Below are positions 11,469 through 21,552 of a stretch of DNA of 22,722 bases, one piece after another. Source of the stretch: Eledone cirrhosa (Eukaryota); the NCBI GenBank assembly GCA_964016885.1, contig CAXHJY010000484.1:1-22722 (forward strand), in the 5' to 3' direction. Position numbers and translations under genes: made by a program. The notes beneath the pieces were generated by a model, which was not told where the DNA came from, did not search any database, and saw only the letters and a list, made by a program, of their open reading frames with translations. Position 1 is the first letter of the stretch. Each line of letters begins with the position of its first letter.

Positions 11469-11736
11469 TATATATATATGTGTGTGTGTATATAATATAC
11501 ACAGTAGTGAGGGTTATGTTCCTAGAGCACTTGTGAAGAGTGAAAAACCACGAATATTGGACGTGGTCCATAAAAATGCCTACAAATGTCAAATATAATA
11601 AAAAGAGGGAGCATCTTGTGTGAAGGGGCGTCGAATAGGCCGGCAAATATGGTATTTCTTTATTAATAATTTAATGTTTAAAAAAATATATATTGCCACG
11701 AAAAAAGCCATTAAAAAAATCGTGGAAGATATTTAC

Positions 11737-12260
11737 GATTCCACGAATATGCGGTGATATCCGCGAATATGCGGTGGTTTCCACGAATATGCGGTGATAT
11801 CCGCGAATATGCGGTGGTTTCCGCGAATATGCGGTGGTTTGCGCGAATATGCGGTGGTTTCCGCGAATATGCGGTGGTTTCCGCGAATATGCGGTGGTTT
11901 CCGCGAATATGCGGTGGATTCCGCGAATATGCGGTGGTATCCATGAATATGCGGTAGTATCCTGCGGTGGTTTCCACGAATATGCGGTGGTATCCACGAA
12001 TATGCGGTGGTTTCCTCGAATATGCGGTGGATTCCGCGAATATGCGGTAGTTTCCACAAATATGCGGTGATTTCCACGAATATGCGGTGGATTCCGCGAA
12101 TATGCGGTGGTTTCCACGAATATGCGGTGATTTCCACGAATATGCGGTGGATTCCGCGAATATGCGGTGGTTTCCACGAATATGCGGTAGATTCCACGAA
12201 TATGCGGTGGTTTCCACGAATATGCGGTGGATTCCGCGAATATGCGGTAGATTCCACGAA
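11737..12260. repeat. 20-bp CpG-rich minisatellite (~26 copies)
   Basis: Unit CCGCGAATATGCGGTGGTTT with variants; one phase break near 11960. Confidence 0.97.
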
Positions 12261-12504
12261 CTTACATACACGAGTTGATGGACCTTCTACGTTGCCAACG
12301 AGGAGTGTGTGGTCCAGTTGTTTAAACAACGGGATAGCCTGCTAGTGGCTGACCATTCCACAGACACGTATACCTTTGGTGGTTTCCGCGAACAATTATT
12401 AGTTAGGTTCTAAGGAAAATTCCGCAAATAACCTTGACTGCGAATGCCGTGGGTACACTCTTGATTTCTCCCCACCCATCCCTTCAATCTTTCTAATTTC
12501 TCAT

Positions 12505-12545
12505 TCTTTATTCTAATGAAGGACTAGCGTCCGAAACGTTAAGAC
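12505..12545 (+). ncRNA. Degenerate hammerhead motif (Penelope-type 3' remnant)
   Basis: CTAATGA-A-GGAC TAGC GTCC-GAAACGTTAAGA. Core has a G>A change relative to CTGATGA; helix I is weak. Confidence 0.5.
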
Positions 12546-12625
12546 CCTCTTCCTGCTATTTCAAGCGTTAAACTAATATATTCCTTCTATATAATGTACC
12601 AACTGTGTTATTTCTGTTTACCTTT

Positions 12626-12660
<35 letters not shown>

Positions 12661-12662
<2 letters not shown>

Positions 12663-12835
12663 GTTATTCCGGGTTGAGTCGGAGGTAACCACAGTAAGTA
12701 AGGTACTCAATACATTGCAGAGTATAAAAGTTATAATATAGATGAGATTCTACAGGACTAGAACTGTTTCATTCTTTAGAAATGATTCCCGATGATTTCT
12801 AAAGAATGAAACAGTTCTAGTCCTGTAGAATCTCA

Positions 12836-12884
<49 letters not shown>

Positions 12885-12977
12885 TGAGATTCTACAGGAC
12901 TAGAACTGTTTCATTCTTTAGAAATGATTCCCGATGATTTCTAAAGAATGAAACAGTTCTAGTCCTGTAGAATCTCA

Positions 12978-13020
<43 letters not shown>

Positions 13021-13109
13021 ATTCTACAGGACTAGAACTGTTTCATTCTTTAGAAATGATTCCTGATGATTTCTAAAGAATGAAACAGTTCTAGTCCTGT
13101 AGAATCTCA

Positions 13110-13140
<31 letters not shown>

Positions 13141-13246
13141 GATGAGATTCTACAGGACTAGAACTGTTTCATTCTTTAGAAATGATTCCTGATGATTTCT
13201 AAAGAATGAAACAGTTCTAGTCCTGTAGAATCTCATCTATATTATA
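12661..13246. mobile_element. Penelope-like terminus followed by four tandem ~105-bp hairpins separated by (TA)n, each overlapping an HHR
   Basis: Hairpins at ~12732-12846, 12881-12990, 13019-13120 and 13139-13246. Confidence 0.8.
13058..13106 (+). ncRNA. Type I hammerhead ribozyme (also 13184-13232; CCGATGA variants at 12784-12832 and 12926-12974)
   Basis: GATTC-CTGATGA-T TTC TAAA GAA T-GAAA-CAG TTCTAGTC CTG-TA-GAATC: helix I GATTC/GAATC, helix III ACAG/CTGT, GUA triplet. Confidence 0.8.
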
Positions 13247-14069
13247 TATATATATATATATAGTAGCTGAGGTACCCAGCTTCACCAAGGTTAACAAATG
13301 ATAAGAGAAGACCAACAGAAGAGAAAACGTCTGTATTGAATGTATTGTCTTGTTTACAGTGTGTGTGTGTTTGTGTATATATATGTATGTGTGTATATAT
13401 ATATATGTGTGTGTGTGTGCCTGTGTGAGTGTTCATGCGTGTGTGTGTAAACCACCGCTGGAATCGGAGACATAGGCCGCGAAACACGATCATCACTGAC
13501 AACGAACTCGCAGAAAGAATCCCTTATGGTTGATTCCCAACCTGCTAGAAATAGCAGACAAGTTGGTTAGCATACGTGGTATGTCTTTCCTCTTCTTTGG
13601 TGTTATAAAATTAGTATCAATAAACTTTCCTGGATATACTCTTATCCCAATCCTGTACATACTTTCCGATTGTCACTTTTCGTTTTTTTCGTGTGATACA
13701 TGAAGGAACCAACCAATAAACATCTCTCTTTTATATTATGTATAGGTTACTATATCTCTTTTATTTGTTCATTCAAAATATTTTTCAGCTAATTCTGTCG
13801 TACAATATACATCAGCAATCGTTATCTAATGTTTAAAACATATGAATAGCTGCGATATATGCACCATATCAATCAAAAAAGATATGAGAATTGAATACCA
13901 TACTAAAGCGCCAGTAAGCTTGCTAAGAACCTGCAGATAGAAATGTTAATAAATACATTTGATTTGGGTAAACTTTAACATGTTCTTTCATTGTAGGTTT
14001 ATTTTCTCCTCCTCTCCTCTTCCTTCTTTATCTCTCTCCTTCTCTCTCTCTCTCTCTATATATATATAG

Positions 14070-14358
14070 ACAATATGCCCCCACACCCCCCACTGCAAGG
14101 TGGTCGTGGAGGTGCCACGGCAAAAAAAGCACCCAGCCCACACTGTAAAGTGGACGTGTAGGCACCACGAAAAAGCACCCAGCACTCACTGTAAATGAGG
14201 TTGGTGTTAGGAAGGGCATCCAGCTGTAGAAATCAAGCCAGAATCAGTTCCTGTATGAGCAAGGCATGGTCAGCCGACCAGACACTGCCCACAACAGGAC
14301 AACCCGTCTAACCCATGCTAGCGTGGAAGAACGGACGTAAAACGGTGATGATGATGAT
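14070..14358 (+). mobile_element. RTE 3' UTR fragment
   Basis: Reverse complement of 6856-7143; ends GATGATGATGAT. Confidence 0.85.
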
Positions 14359-14393
14359 ATACGGCTAGGTTTACCGACATTTTATCTTTTCAG

Positions 14394-14449
14394 GAATCCC
14401 TCCTCCACTCTAGTGCAAAGATACAGCATGCCCTCTCAAGTCACCAATG
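14394..14449 (+). CDS. Possible upstream exon of the host gene (NPSSTLVQRYSMPSQVTNG)
   Basis: Good acceptor TTTTATCTTTTCAG. Ends in phase 1, compatible with 15481, but the donor GTGGGG is weak; alternative donor at 14467. Confidence 0.35.
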
Positions 14450-14510
14450 GTGGGGGGGGGGGGGGGGTAACGTGCTCTGTTGTTTGGGTTTGAATAGTTT
14501 TTAGGATTCC

Positions 14511-14835
14511 CCAGTTCAGTAGCCGTACGTTAAAGAAAATTAATAGTTACAACAATAAAGGCTGAACAGAGAACACATTTTTTTAACAAACTTTACAATA
14601 ATTTGTACAACCATAATGGAAATTCCAAGTAACAGAAAATACATAGATTACATTGTTAGAGCCTCAGAGTATACAATATTTTTTGTTCGGCCCTCGGGAG
14701 CAAAGATGAAGAGATTGTTTGGCGAGCTCACCCGAGAGCAGCCTACATACAATTGACCATGGTTTTCCCAGATGAAGGCCAGCCACTTTTAGGGTTTGAC
14801 CCTGAGCTTTGTTGATGGCATTCGCGAAGCTGTTG
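14511..14835 (-). pseudogene. Helitron RepHel PIF1-type helicase C-terminal remnant plus degenerate 3' end
   Basis: Reads SFANAINKAQGQTLKVAGLHLGKP /frameshift/ HGQLYVGCSRVSSPNNLFIFAPEGRTKNIVYSEALTM* (stop 14648-14650), matching helicase motifs V/VI. Downstream AACGTACGGCTACTGAACTGG resembles a CTRR end. Confidence 0.85.
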
Positions 14836-15393
14836 CTCTAGTAACATTTTTTCTTCTCGAAAATCTGATCTTGCGGCCAGGCTAGGACTCTGGGTGGCAT
14901 ATCGGCAGTAACAATGACGATAAGCCATCTGTGCTTTCGTGAAATAAATACGTTTGTTTATATTTTGTTTTTGTGTATGCAAAAATATCTGTACATGAAT
15001 ATATAATTATATATATTAAAATAACAGATTAAAGTTTAAGCAAAGAATCGCTGCTTTCACCCTTAACGGGATCTTCTGAAACTAAAAAAATCCATCTGTG
15101 AACGTAGAAGTAAATATTTCGAAAAACGTTGCAACCGAAAGAAAACAGGAAGATGATACTTAGGTTCATGAAGACGTTAGGAATGATGTATAACTGGAAA
15201 TGTTGACATTTGAAAATTTTAAAGAAGTGAATATTTAAATAATGTCTTTAATCTTTTAACAAAATTCAGTAGACGGAAATACCCTAACTTTTTTTACTTG
15301 CAAAAAGTTACATCTTTGGTGCTGTTTGGCCCAGCCATTTGGCGGAAAGTTTGTTACCTACATACGGCCATCAGCTTTATAGTATATATATAT

Positions 15394-15436
<43 letters not shown>

Positions 15437-15480
15437 TACACAGGATGAATAGCTTAACATTGTTGCTTTCTATATTGCAG

Positions 15481-15536
15481 GAAAACGAAAACATAAAAAA
15501 TGTTCAACTCAGTCTGATGGAGAAGAATCATTAAAG
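15481..15536 (+). CDS. Exon of unidentified gene (KRKHKKCSTQSDGEESLK)
   Basis: TTGCAG acceptor, AAG|GTGAGT donor; phase 1 to 0. Confidence 0.75.
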
Positions 15537-15860
15537 GTGAGTGTTGTTGTTGTTGTTATTGGTGGGTGGTGGTGGTGGTAGTAGTGGTGCGTGATGCTAT
15601 TGTTGGTGGGTGGTGGTGGTGATGGTAGGGGTTGGTGTTGGGAATTAGTGTTGGTGGTGGAGAGAGGTGATGGTAGGGATTGGTGTTGGTGATGGGGAGT
15701 TGTGATGGTAGGGATTGGTGTTGGTGGGGAGTGGTGATGGTATGGATTGGTGTTGGTGGTGGGGAGTGGTGTTGGTGGTGGGGAGTGGTGTTGGTGGTGG
15801 GGATGGTAGGGATTGGTGTTGGTGGTGGTGGTGGTAGTTATTGGTGTTGGTGGCTGATGG
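15537..15860 (+). repeat. (GGT)n-rich degenerate minisatellite
   Basis: Repeated GTGATGGTAGGGATTGGTGTTGGTGG-like units filling the intron. Confidence 0.9.
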
Positions 15861-15915
15861 TAATACTATCACATTTAATAACCTCAATCTTCTTCCTTGG
15901 TCTTCTGTTATGCAG

Positions 15916-16003
15916 AGTTTCTCGGAATCCAGTGAAATGTGTTCCCCCAAACGGGAATGTAACACATCCAGTGATGAAGAAACCTTTACATGTAATTTTA
16001 ATG
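15916..16003 (+). CDS. Exon (SFSESSEMCSPKRECNTSSDEETFTCNFN)
   Basis: ATGCAG acceptor, G|GTAAGT donor; 88 nt, phase 0 to 1, open frame. Confidence 0.78.
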
Positions 16004-16035
16004 GTAAGTGGTACAATCTATATATAGTGTATATA

Positions 16036-16375
16036 TCATCATCATCATTTCATTTTACGTCCGCTTTTCCCTGCTTGCAAGGGTGGGACTGGAACTGATT
16101 CTGGCTTGATTTCTACAGCTGGATGCCCTTCCTAACACCAACCTCATTTACAGTGAGTGCTGGGTGCTTTTTTGCCATGGCACCTCCACGACCACTTTAC
16201 AGTGGAATGATAGGGACCCCAGTCCCTATCATCTCATTTCTACAGCTGAGTAAACTGGAGCAATGTGAAATAAAGTGTCTTGCTCAAGGAAACAACACAT
16301 CACCTGGTGTGAGAATTGAACTCACAACCTTTCGATTGCAAGGCCAATGCTCTAACCACTAAGTCATGTGCCTTC

Positions 16376-16376
<1 letters not shown>
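16036..16376 (-). mobile_element. Full-length tRNA-derived SINE with RTE-derived 3' tail
   Basis: Pol III A box TGACTTAGTGG (16356-16366), B box GTTCAATTC (16313-16321), central CCTTGAGCAAGACACTT domain, tail shared with the RTE UTR, (GAAAT)/(GAT)n end. Confidence 0.9.
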
Positions 16377-16437
<61 letters not shown>

Positions 16438-16553
16438 GTTTGACTACCTCATACTACTCCTCTCTCTTTACGCCTTGGTGAATGTATGTGTATGTAAAAA
16501 GAAAGAAGGCAATGGTGCAAGTGTGAATGTATACACTTGCACCATTGTATGTA

Positions 16554-18180
16554 TACATTACTCTATATATACTATTATATTTACATGGTAAAGTCTTTAT
16601 CTCACATAACACTTACATTACTCTGTATATACTATTATATTTTCATGGTAAAGTCTTTACCTCACATAACACTTACATTACTCTATATATACTATTATAT
16701 TTACATGGTAAAGTCTTTATCTCACATAACACTTACATTACTCTATATATACTATTATATTTACATGGTAAAGTCTTTATCTCACATAACACTTACATTA
16801 CTCTATATATACTATTATATTTACATGGTAAAGTCTTTATCTCACATAACACTTACATTACTCTATATATACTATTATATTTACATGGTAAAGTCTTTAT
16901 CTCACATAACACTTACATTACTCTATATATACTATTATATTTACATGGTAAAGTCTTTACCTCACATAACACTTACATTACTCTATATATACTATTATAT
17001 TTACATGGTAAAGTCTTTATCTCACATAACACTTACATTACTCTATATATACTATTATATTTACATGGTAAAGTCTTTATCTCACATAACACTTACATTA
17101 CTCTATATATACTATTATATTTTCATGGTAAAGTCTTTACCTCACATAACACTTACATTACTCTATATATACTATTATATTTACATGGTAAAGTCTTTAT
17201 CTCACATAACACTTACATTACTCTATATATACTATTATATTTTCATGGTAAAGTCTTTACCTCACATAACACTTACATTACTCTATATATACTATTATAT
17301 TTTCATGGTAAAGTCTTTATCTCACATAACACTTACATTACTCTATATATACTATTATATTTTCATGGTAAAGTCTTTATCTCACATAACACTTACATTA
17401 CTCTATATATACTATTATATTTTCATGGTAAAGTCTTTACCTCACATAACACTTACATTACTCTATATATACTATTATATTTTCATGGTAAAGTCTTTAT
17501 CTCACATAACACTTACATTACTCTATATATACTATTATATTTACATGGTAAAGTCTTTACCTCACATAACACTTACATTACTCTATATTTACTATTATAT
17601 TTTCATGGTAAAGTCTTTACCTCACATAACATTTACATTACTCTATATATACTATTGTATTTTCATGGTAAAGTCTTTACCTTACATAACACTTACATTA
17701 CTCTATATTTACTATTATATTTTCATGGTAAAGTCTTTATCTCACATAACACTTACATTCCTCTATATTTACTATTATATTTTCATGGTAAAGTCTTTAC
17801 CTCACATAACATTTACATTACTCTATATATACTATTATATTTTCATGGTAAAGTCTTTATCTCACATAACACTTACATTACTCTATATTTACTATTATAT
17901 TTTCATGGTAAAGTCTTTACCTCACATAACACTTACATTACTCTATATATACTATTATATTTTCATGGTAAAGTCTTTATCTCACATAACACTTACATTA
18001 CTCTATATTTACTATTATATTTTCATGGTAAAGTCTTTATCTCACATAACACTTACATTACTCTATATATACTATTATATTTACATGGTAAAGTCTTTAT
18101 CTCACATAACACTTACATTACTCTATATATACTATTATATTTTCATGGTAAAGTCTTTATCTATCATAATTATCTCACAT
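16554..18180 (+). repeat. 60-bp tandem satellite (~27 copies) derived from the piggyBac-type MITE
   Basis: Unit TACATTACTCTATATATACTATTATATTTTCATGGTAAAGTCTTTATCTCACATAACACT matches the MITE subterminal region at 20117-20173. Confidence 0.97.
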
Positions 18181-18311
18181 AATATTGAATCTATGAGATT
18201 TTGAAAGTATTTATTTTGAGAACAATACGTTAACATCAGTTTGAGCAACCGGTTACAGCCAGTTTCAACAGAAAGAGGTAGAGAATTCTGGCCGGTTTGA
18301 ACATTAAAGGG
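18181..18311 (+). mobile_element. Right part of the MITE continuing from the satellite
   Basis: Ends ...AACATTAAAGGG followed by TTAA; colinear with 18604-18811. Confidence 0.85.
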
Positions 18312-18526
18312 TTAATGATGCAATGTTGTAGTTTTGATTACATAATGTTGCGGTTGCATTCTTACTGTAATTCTAAATATAGTGCAACTGGCATCATTTT
18401 TTACTGCAATTTTAAATTTAAGAGATTCAACTTAAGTTTGTTATAAAATGTCAGTTAATTAGCAAGTAATTAACTACTAATTAACGATCAATTGTTGCTA
18501 AATACATTTTTTCTTTGTTATTTCAG

Positions 18527-18562
18527 ATCAACAGAGTGGTGGTGTGTGTTACAGAATTTATG
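18527..18562 (+). CDS. 36-nt micro-exon (DQQSGGVCYRIY)
   Basis: Polypyrimidine tract + TTTCAG acceptor, G|GTAAGG donor; phase 1 to 1. Confidence 0.72.
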
Positions 18563-18603
18563 GTAAGGAAGTTTTACATATAACATTTGTTGAACTGCCT
18601 TAA

Positions 18604-18811
18604 CCCTTTAGCATTTACATTACTCTATATTTACTATTGTATTTTTGAGGTAAAAGCTTTACCTTATATAATATTGAATCTAGGAGATTTTGATATTATT
18701 TATGATGAGAACAATACCTTAACATGAGTATGAGCAGCCGGTTACAACCGGTTTGAACAGAAAAGTGTGTGAGAATTCTGGCCGGATACGGCCAGTTTAA
18801 ATGCTAAAGGG
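18604..18811 (+). mobile_element. piggyBac-type MITE
   Basis: TTAA duplication both sides; TIR CCCTTTAGCATTTA / TAAATGCTAAAGGG. Confidence 0.9.
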
Positions 18812-19180
18812 TTAAAGCAGGGAACCCCCTAGAATTTTCGAGACCATCAATCAATCCTTTATGGGGTTCTGCCAAATGTTTCTGAACCAAAAATGGTTCC
18901 GTGTTTGAAAAGTCTGATTAACCCTGGACTATAGAATAGAAGCAATTATATATGAATTAGAAACTTGTGTAATAATACTGTTGTGGTATTTGTTCAGTTT
19001 TGCTAATGTGGTTTCATATGGTACAGGACATAAAATGTTAATGTGATGCAGTCATAGTGCTGTTTTCTACTCTTCAAGAATGTCTTGCTAATGTGACTTT
19101 GTGTGTTAGAGAACATAAAGAACTAAATAGGTTTGTAGTTGAGTGGCTTACTAAAGATTATTTTTTTATATTTATTATAG

Positions 19181-19207
19181 AACCTCAGATACCGAAAACA
19201 GAAGAAG
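19181..19207 (+). CDS. 27-nt micro-exon (EPQIPKTEE)
   Basis: T-rich tract + TATAG acceptor, AAG|GTAAGT donor; phase 1 to 1. Confidence 0.75.
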
Positions 19208-19382
19208 GTAAGTGTTGTTACAAACTACTAATAAACACTGTCTCTAATGAAACACAGAAATATTTAATTATTAACATTACTCTTAATGTGTGTACACATT
19301 TACACTTGCACACAGGTGTGTGTAATGAGTTAAGTTGAACTTAGTACAGAAGACAGGTCTCCGACACACGACAAAGTGTGTA

Positions 19383-19660
19383 TCATCATTTCATTTTACA
19401 TCCACTTTTCCCTGCTTGCAAGAGTGGGACGGGAACTGATTCTGGCTTGATTTCTACAGCTGGATGCCCTTCCTAACACCAACCTCATTTACAGTGAGTG
19501 CTGGGTGCTTTTTTGCAGTGGAATGATATGGACCTCAGTCCCTATCATCTCATTTCTACAGCTGAGTAAACTGGAGCAATGTGAAATAAAGTGCCTTGCT
19601 CAAGGAAACAACACATCACTCGGTCTGAGAATTGAACTCACAACCTTCCGATTGCAAGGC
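19383..19660 (-). mobile_element. tRNA-derived SINE with RTE tail (5'-truncated)
   Basis: Colinear with 16036-16376; B box retained. Confidence 0.85.
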
Positions 19661-19993
19661 TAGTATATATATATATATACTTATATATACATATTTAATA
19701 TGAAAGAGTTGGAACCCCGACGGCTGAGGTCTTGAGGTTTCAAAGACAGCGATGGGCAAATTATCTCTGTTGACCACTGGACGCTGGTTTTTGTCCTCTG
19801 AGGCACTTTTGCCCATCACTGTCAAAGACAGAGATGGACAAAATTAATGGCTGTTCTAGCGATGAGTATTCTCATTTTTACATTCAAATAGTCTCGCTTC
19901 ATCTAGATCAGAGATAACATTGGTTTTCTTTTTTCATTTAATTATATTATTGGTTTTCTTTTTTCATTTAATTATATTATTCTTATTTTCCAG

Positions 19994-20037
19994 GTGATGC
20001 ACAACAAATATTCAACACTATGATGGGATTTCAAAGC
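19994..20037 (+). CDS. Exon (GDAQQIFNTMMGFQS)
   Basis: TTTTCCAG acceptor, GTAAGT donor; 44 nt, phase 1 to 0. Confidence 0.78.
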
Positions 20038-20104
20038 GTAAGTTTCTGTTTCTTTAATTCTTCCTCTTCTGAATACATTTTCTTTTATCCTCACAGTTTA
20101 TTAA

Positions 20105-20312
20105 CCCTTTAGCATTTACATTACTCTATATATACTATTATATTTTCATGGTAAAGGCTTTATCTCACATAATATCGAATCTGTGAGATTTTAATATTTA
20201 CTTTGTGAACAAAACTTAACATCAATATGAGTTGCCGGTTACAGCTGGTTTGAAGAGAAAGAATTCGATTAGAGAATTCTGGCCGGCAATGGCCGATTTA
20301 AATGCTAAAGGG
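20105..20312 (+). mobile_element. piggyBac-type MITE
   Basis: TTAA-CCCTTTAGCATTTA ... TAAATGCTAAAGGG-TTAA. Confidence 0.9.
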
Positions 20313-20380
20313 TTAATCAACTTTCCCTCCCCAAAAATTGTTGACCTTGTGCCTATAGTAGAAACAATTATTATTATTAA

Positions 20381-20577
20381 CCCTTTAGTGTTCAAACCGG
20401 CCAGAATTCTCTACCTCTTTCTGTTGAAACTGGCTGTAACTGGCCACTCATACTGATGTTAAGGTATTGTTTTCACAATAAATACTTTCAAAATCTCATA
20501 GATTCTATATTATGTGAGATAAAGACTTTACCATGAAAATACAATAGTATATATAAAATAATGTGATTGCTAAAGAG
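20381..20577 (-). mobile_element. piggyBac-type MITE, inverted orientation
   Basis: TTAA-CCCTTTAG ... GCTAAAGAG-TTAA; reverse complement of the other copies. Confidence 0.85.
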
Positions 20578-20580
20578 TTA

Positions 20581-20755
20581 AAGGTGGTGGATTAGCAGAA
20601 TCAGTAGAACATCTGACATGCTTCACGGCATAAAGTTATAGCCCTTTATGTTGATTTCAAATCCCACCGAGGTTAACTTGGCATCCTTATGGAGTTGATT
20701 TAATTGACTTTCCCTCCCTAAAAATTGTTGGAGTTGTGCCTAAATAGGAAACTGT
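20581..20755 (+). mobile_element. Degenerate SINE of a second family
   Basis: A/B-box-like head (TAGCAGAATC..., TTCAAATCCCACCGAGGTTAAC); related to 21438-21552 (-) and 20317-20370. Confidence 0.55.
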
Positions 20756-20842
20756 TGTTCAATTTGGCTTCAATTTACTTTTGAAATGAAGAGATATGAT
20801 GAGAAACGCTTCTGTTGTTAACATCTGTTTATTTTTTGTTTT

Positions 20843-21147
20843 TTCATTTCATTTCATTTCATTTCATTTCATTTCATTTGAGTCCATGCTCAGGCCAAGT
20901 CGAAGACTCCACCCTCAGATTCTGGTGTGGTTGCCAGGTTGGATTCTCTGTTTAATTTTGATATGTGTAGGAGCGAGTTTGAGTCAGTTTGTGCTCGTTG
21001 TGTATATCCTGGGAGATGGGGTTCATCTCTAATGGTGCTTAAGTATCTATCCAGCTGCAATTTGAATGATTCCACACTGCATCCTGATAGATTTCTGACA
21101 TGTACCGGAATGGAGTTGAATAGTTGTGCCCCTCGAACCAACAGACT
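20843..21147 (-). mobile_element. CR1-clade LINE 3' fragment with (GAAAT)n tail
   Basis: SVRGAQLFNSIP...FKLQLDRYLSTIRDEPHLPGY...SNSLL is homologous to the ORF at 1-435; TTCAT repeats at 20843-20879. Confidence 0.85.
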
Positions 21148-21192
21148 TGTTATATATATTTATATATATTTTTTTTTTTTTTTTTTTTTCAG

Positions 21193-21255
21193 GAGGAATT
21201 GGAAATATCAGCAAACCAGTATATGGACTTGGAAATCTTTCCACTTCTTCCATAA
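21193..21255 (+). CDS. Probable terminal coding exon (EELEISANQYMDLEIFPLLP*)
   Basis: Long T tract + CAG acceptor; phase 0; TAA at 21253-21255. Confidence 0.68.
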   Translation, partial: EELEISANQYMDLEIFPLLP

Positions 21256-21437
21256 ACACTTTACAGCTCTGTCAAAATCTCTTTGTATATAATCTGGCTT
21301 TATTCTTGTATATATTTATCCATGCTAGCGTGGAGAATGGAAGTTAAACCATGACGATGATGGTGATGATGTATATATATATTATATATATATACACATA
21401 TATAACATATAATATATATGTACATAATAAATAATTG

Positions 21438-21552
21438 TTTCTACTTTTTGGCACAAGGCCAGCAATTATCCCAGTACATTACTGGTACTTTTATTTTATC
21501 GACCCCTGTAAGGATGAAAGGCAAAGTTGACCTCGGCGAGATTTGAACTCAG
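21438..21552 (-). mobile_element. SINE fragment (second family)
   Basis: TGGTACTTTTATTTTATCGACCCC..GGATGAAAGGCAAAGTTGACCTCGGCGAGATTTGAACTC includes a B box. Confidence 0.75.

Noticed and set aside
11671-12345. Overlapping repetitive ORFs / CRISPR-like appearance
   Set aside because: Contiguous 20-bp tandem repeat with no unique spacers and no cas genes.
13263-13292. Degenerate Helitron-like 3' end on the - strand
   Set aside because: Too diverged (CTAC instead of CTAG) and no 5' end found.
13789-13913. Candidate upstream exon (TTTCAG...CCA|GTAAGC)
   Set aside because: Stops in all three frames from the acceptor; usable only with an internal ATG and an uncertain G-run donor in the next exon.
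14743-14982. 79-aa ORF on the - strand
   Set aside because: Off-frame relative to the Helitron helicase motifs in the same DNA.
15645-16027. His/Pro/Thr- or Gly/Val-rich ORFs
   Set aside because: Artefacts of the GGT-rich intronic repeat.
16300-16376. tRNA gene
   Set aside because: A/B boxes are present but the cloverleaf is degenerate and fused to a SINE body.
16527-18204. 551- and 555-aa ORFs
   Set aside because: Stop-free frames of a 60-bp MITE-derived satellite lying in an intron.
18818-18928. Possible hAT MITE remnant (CAGGG...AACCCTG)
   Set aside because: TIR too short and no target-site duplication identified.
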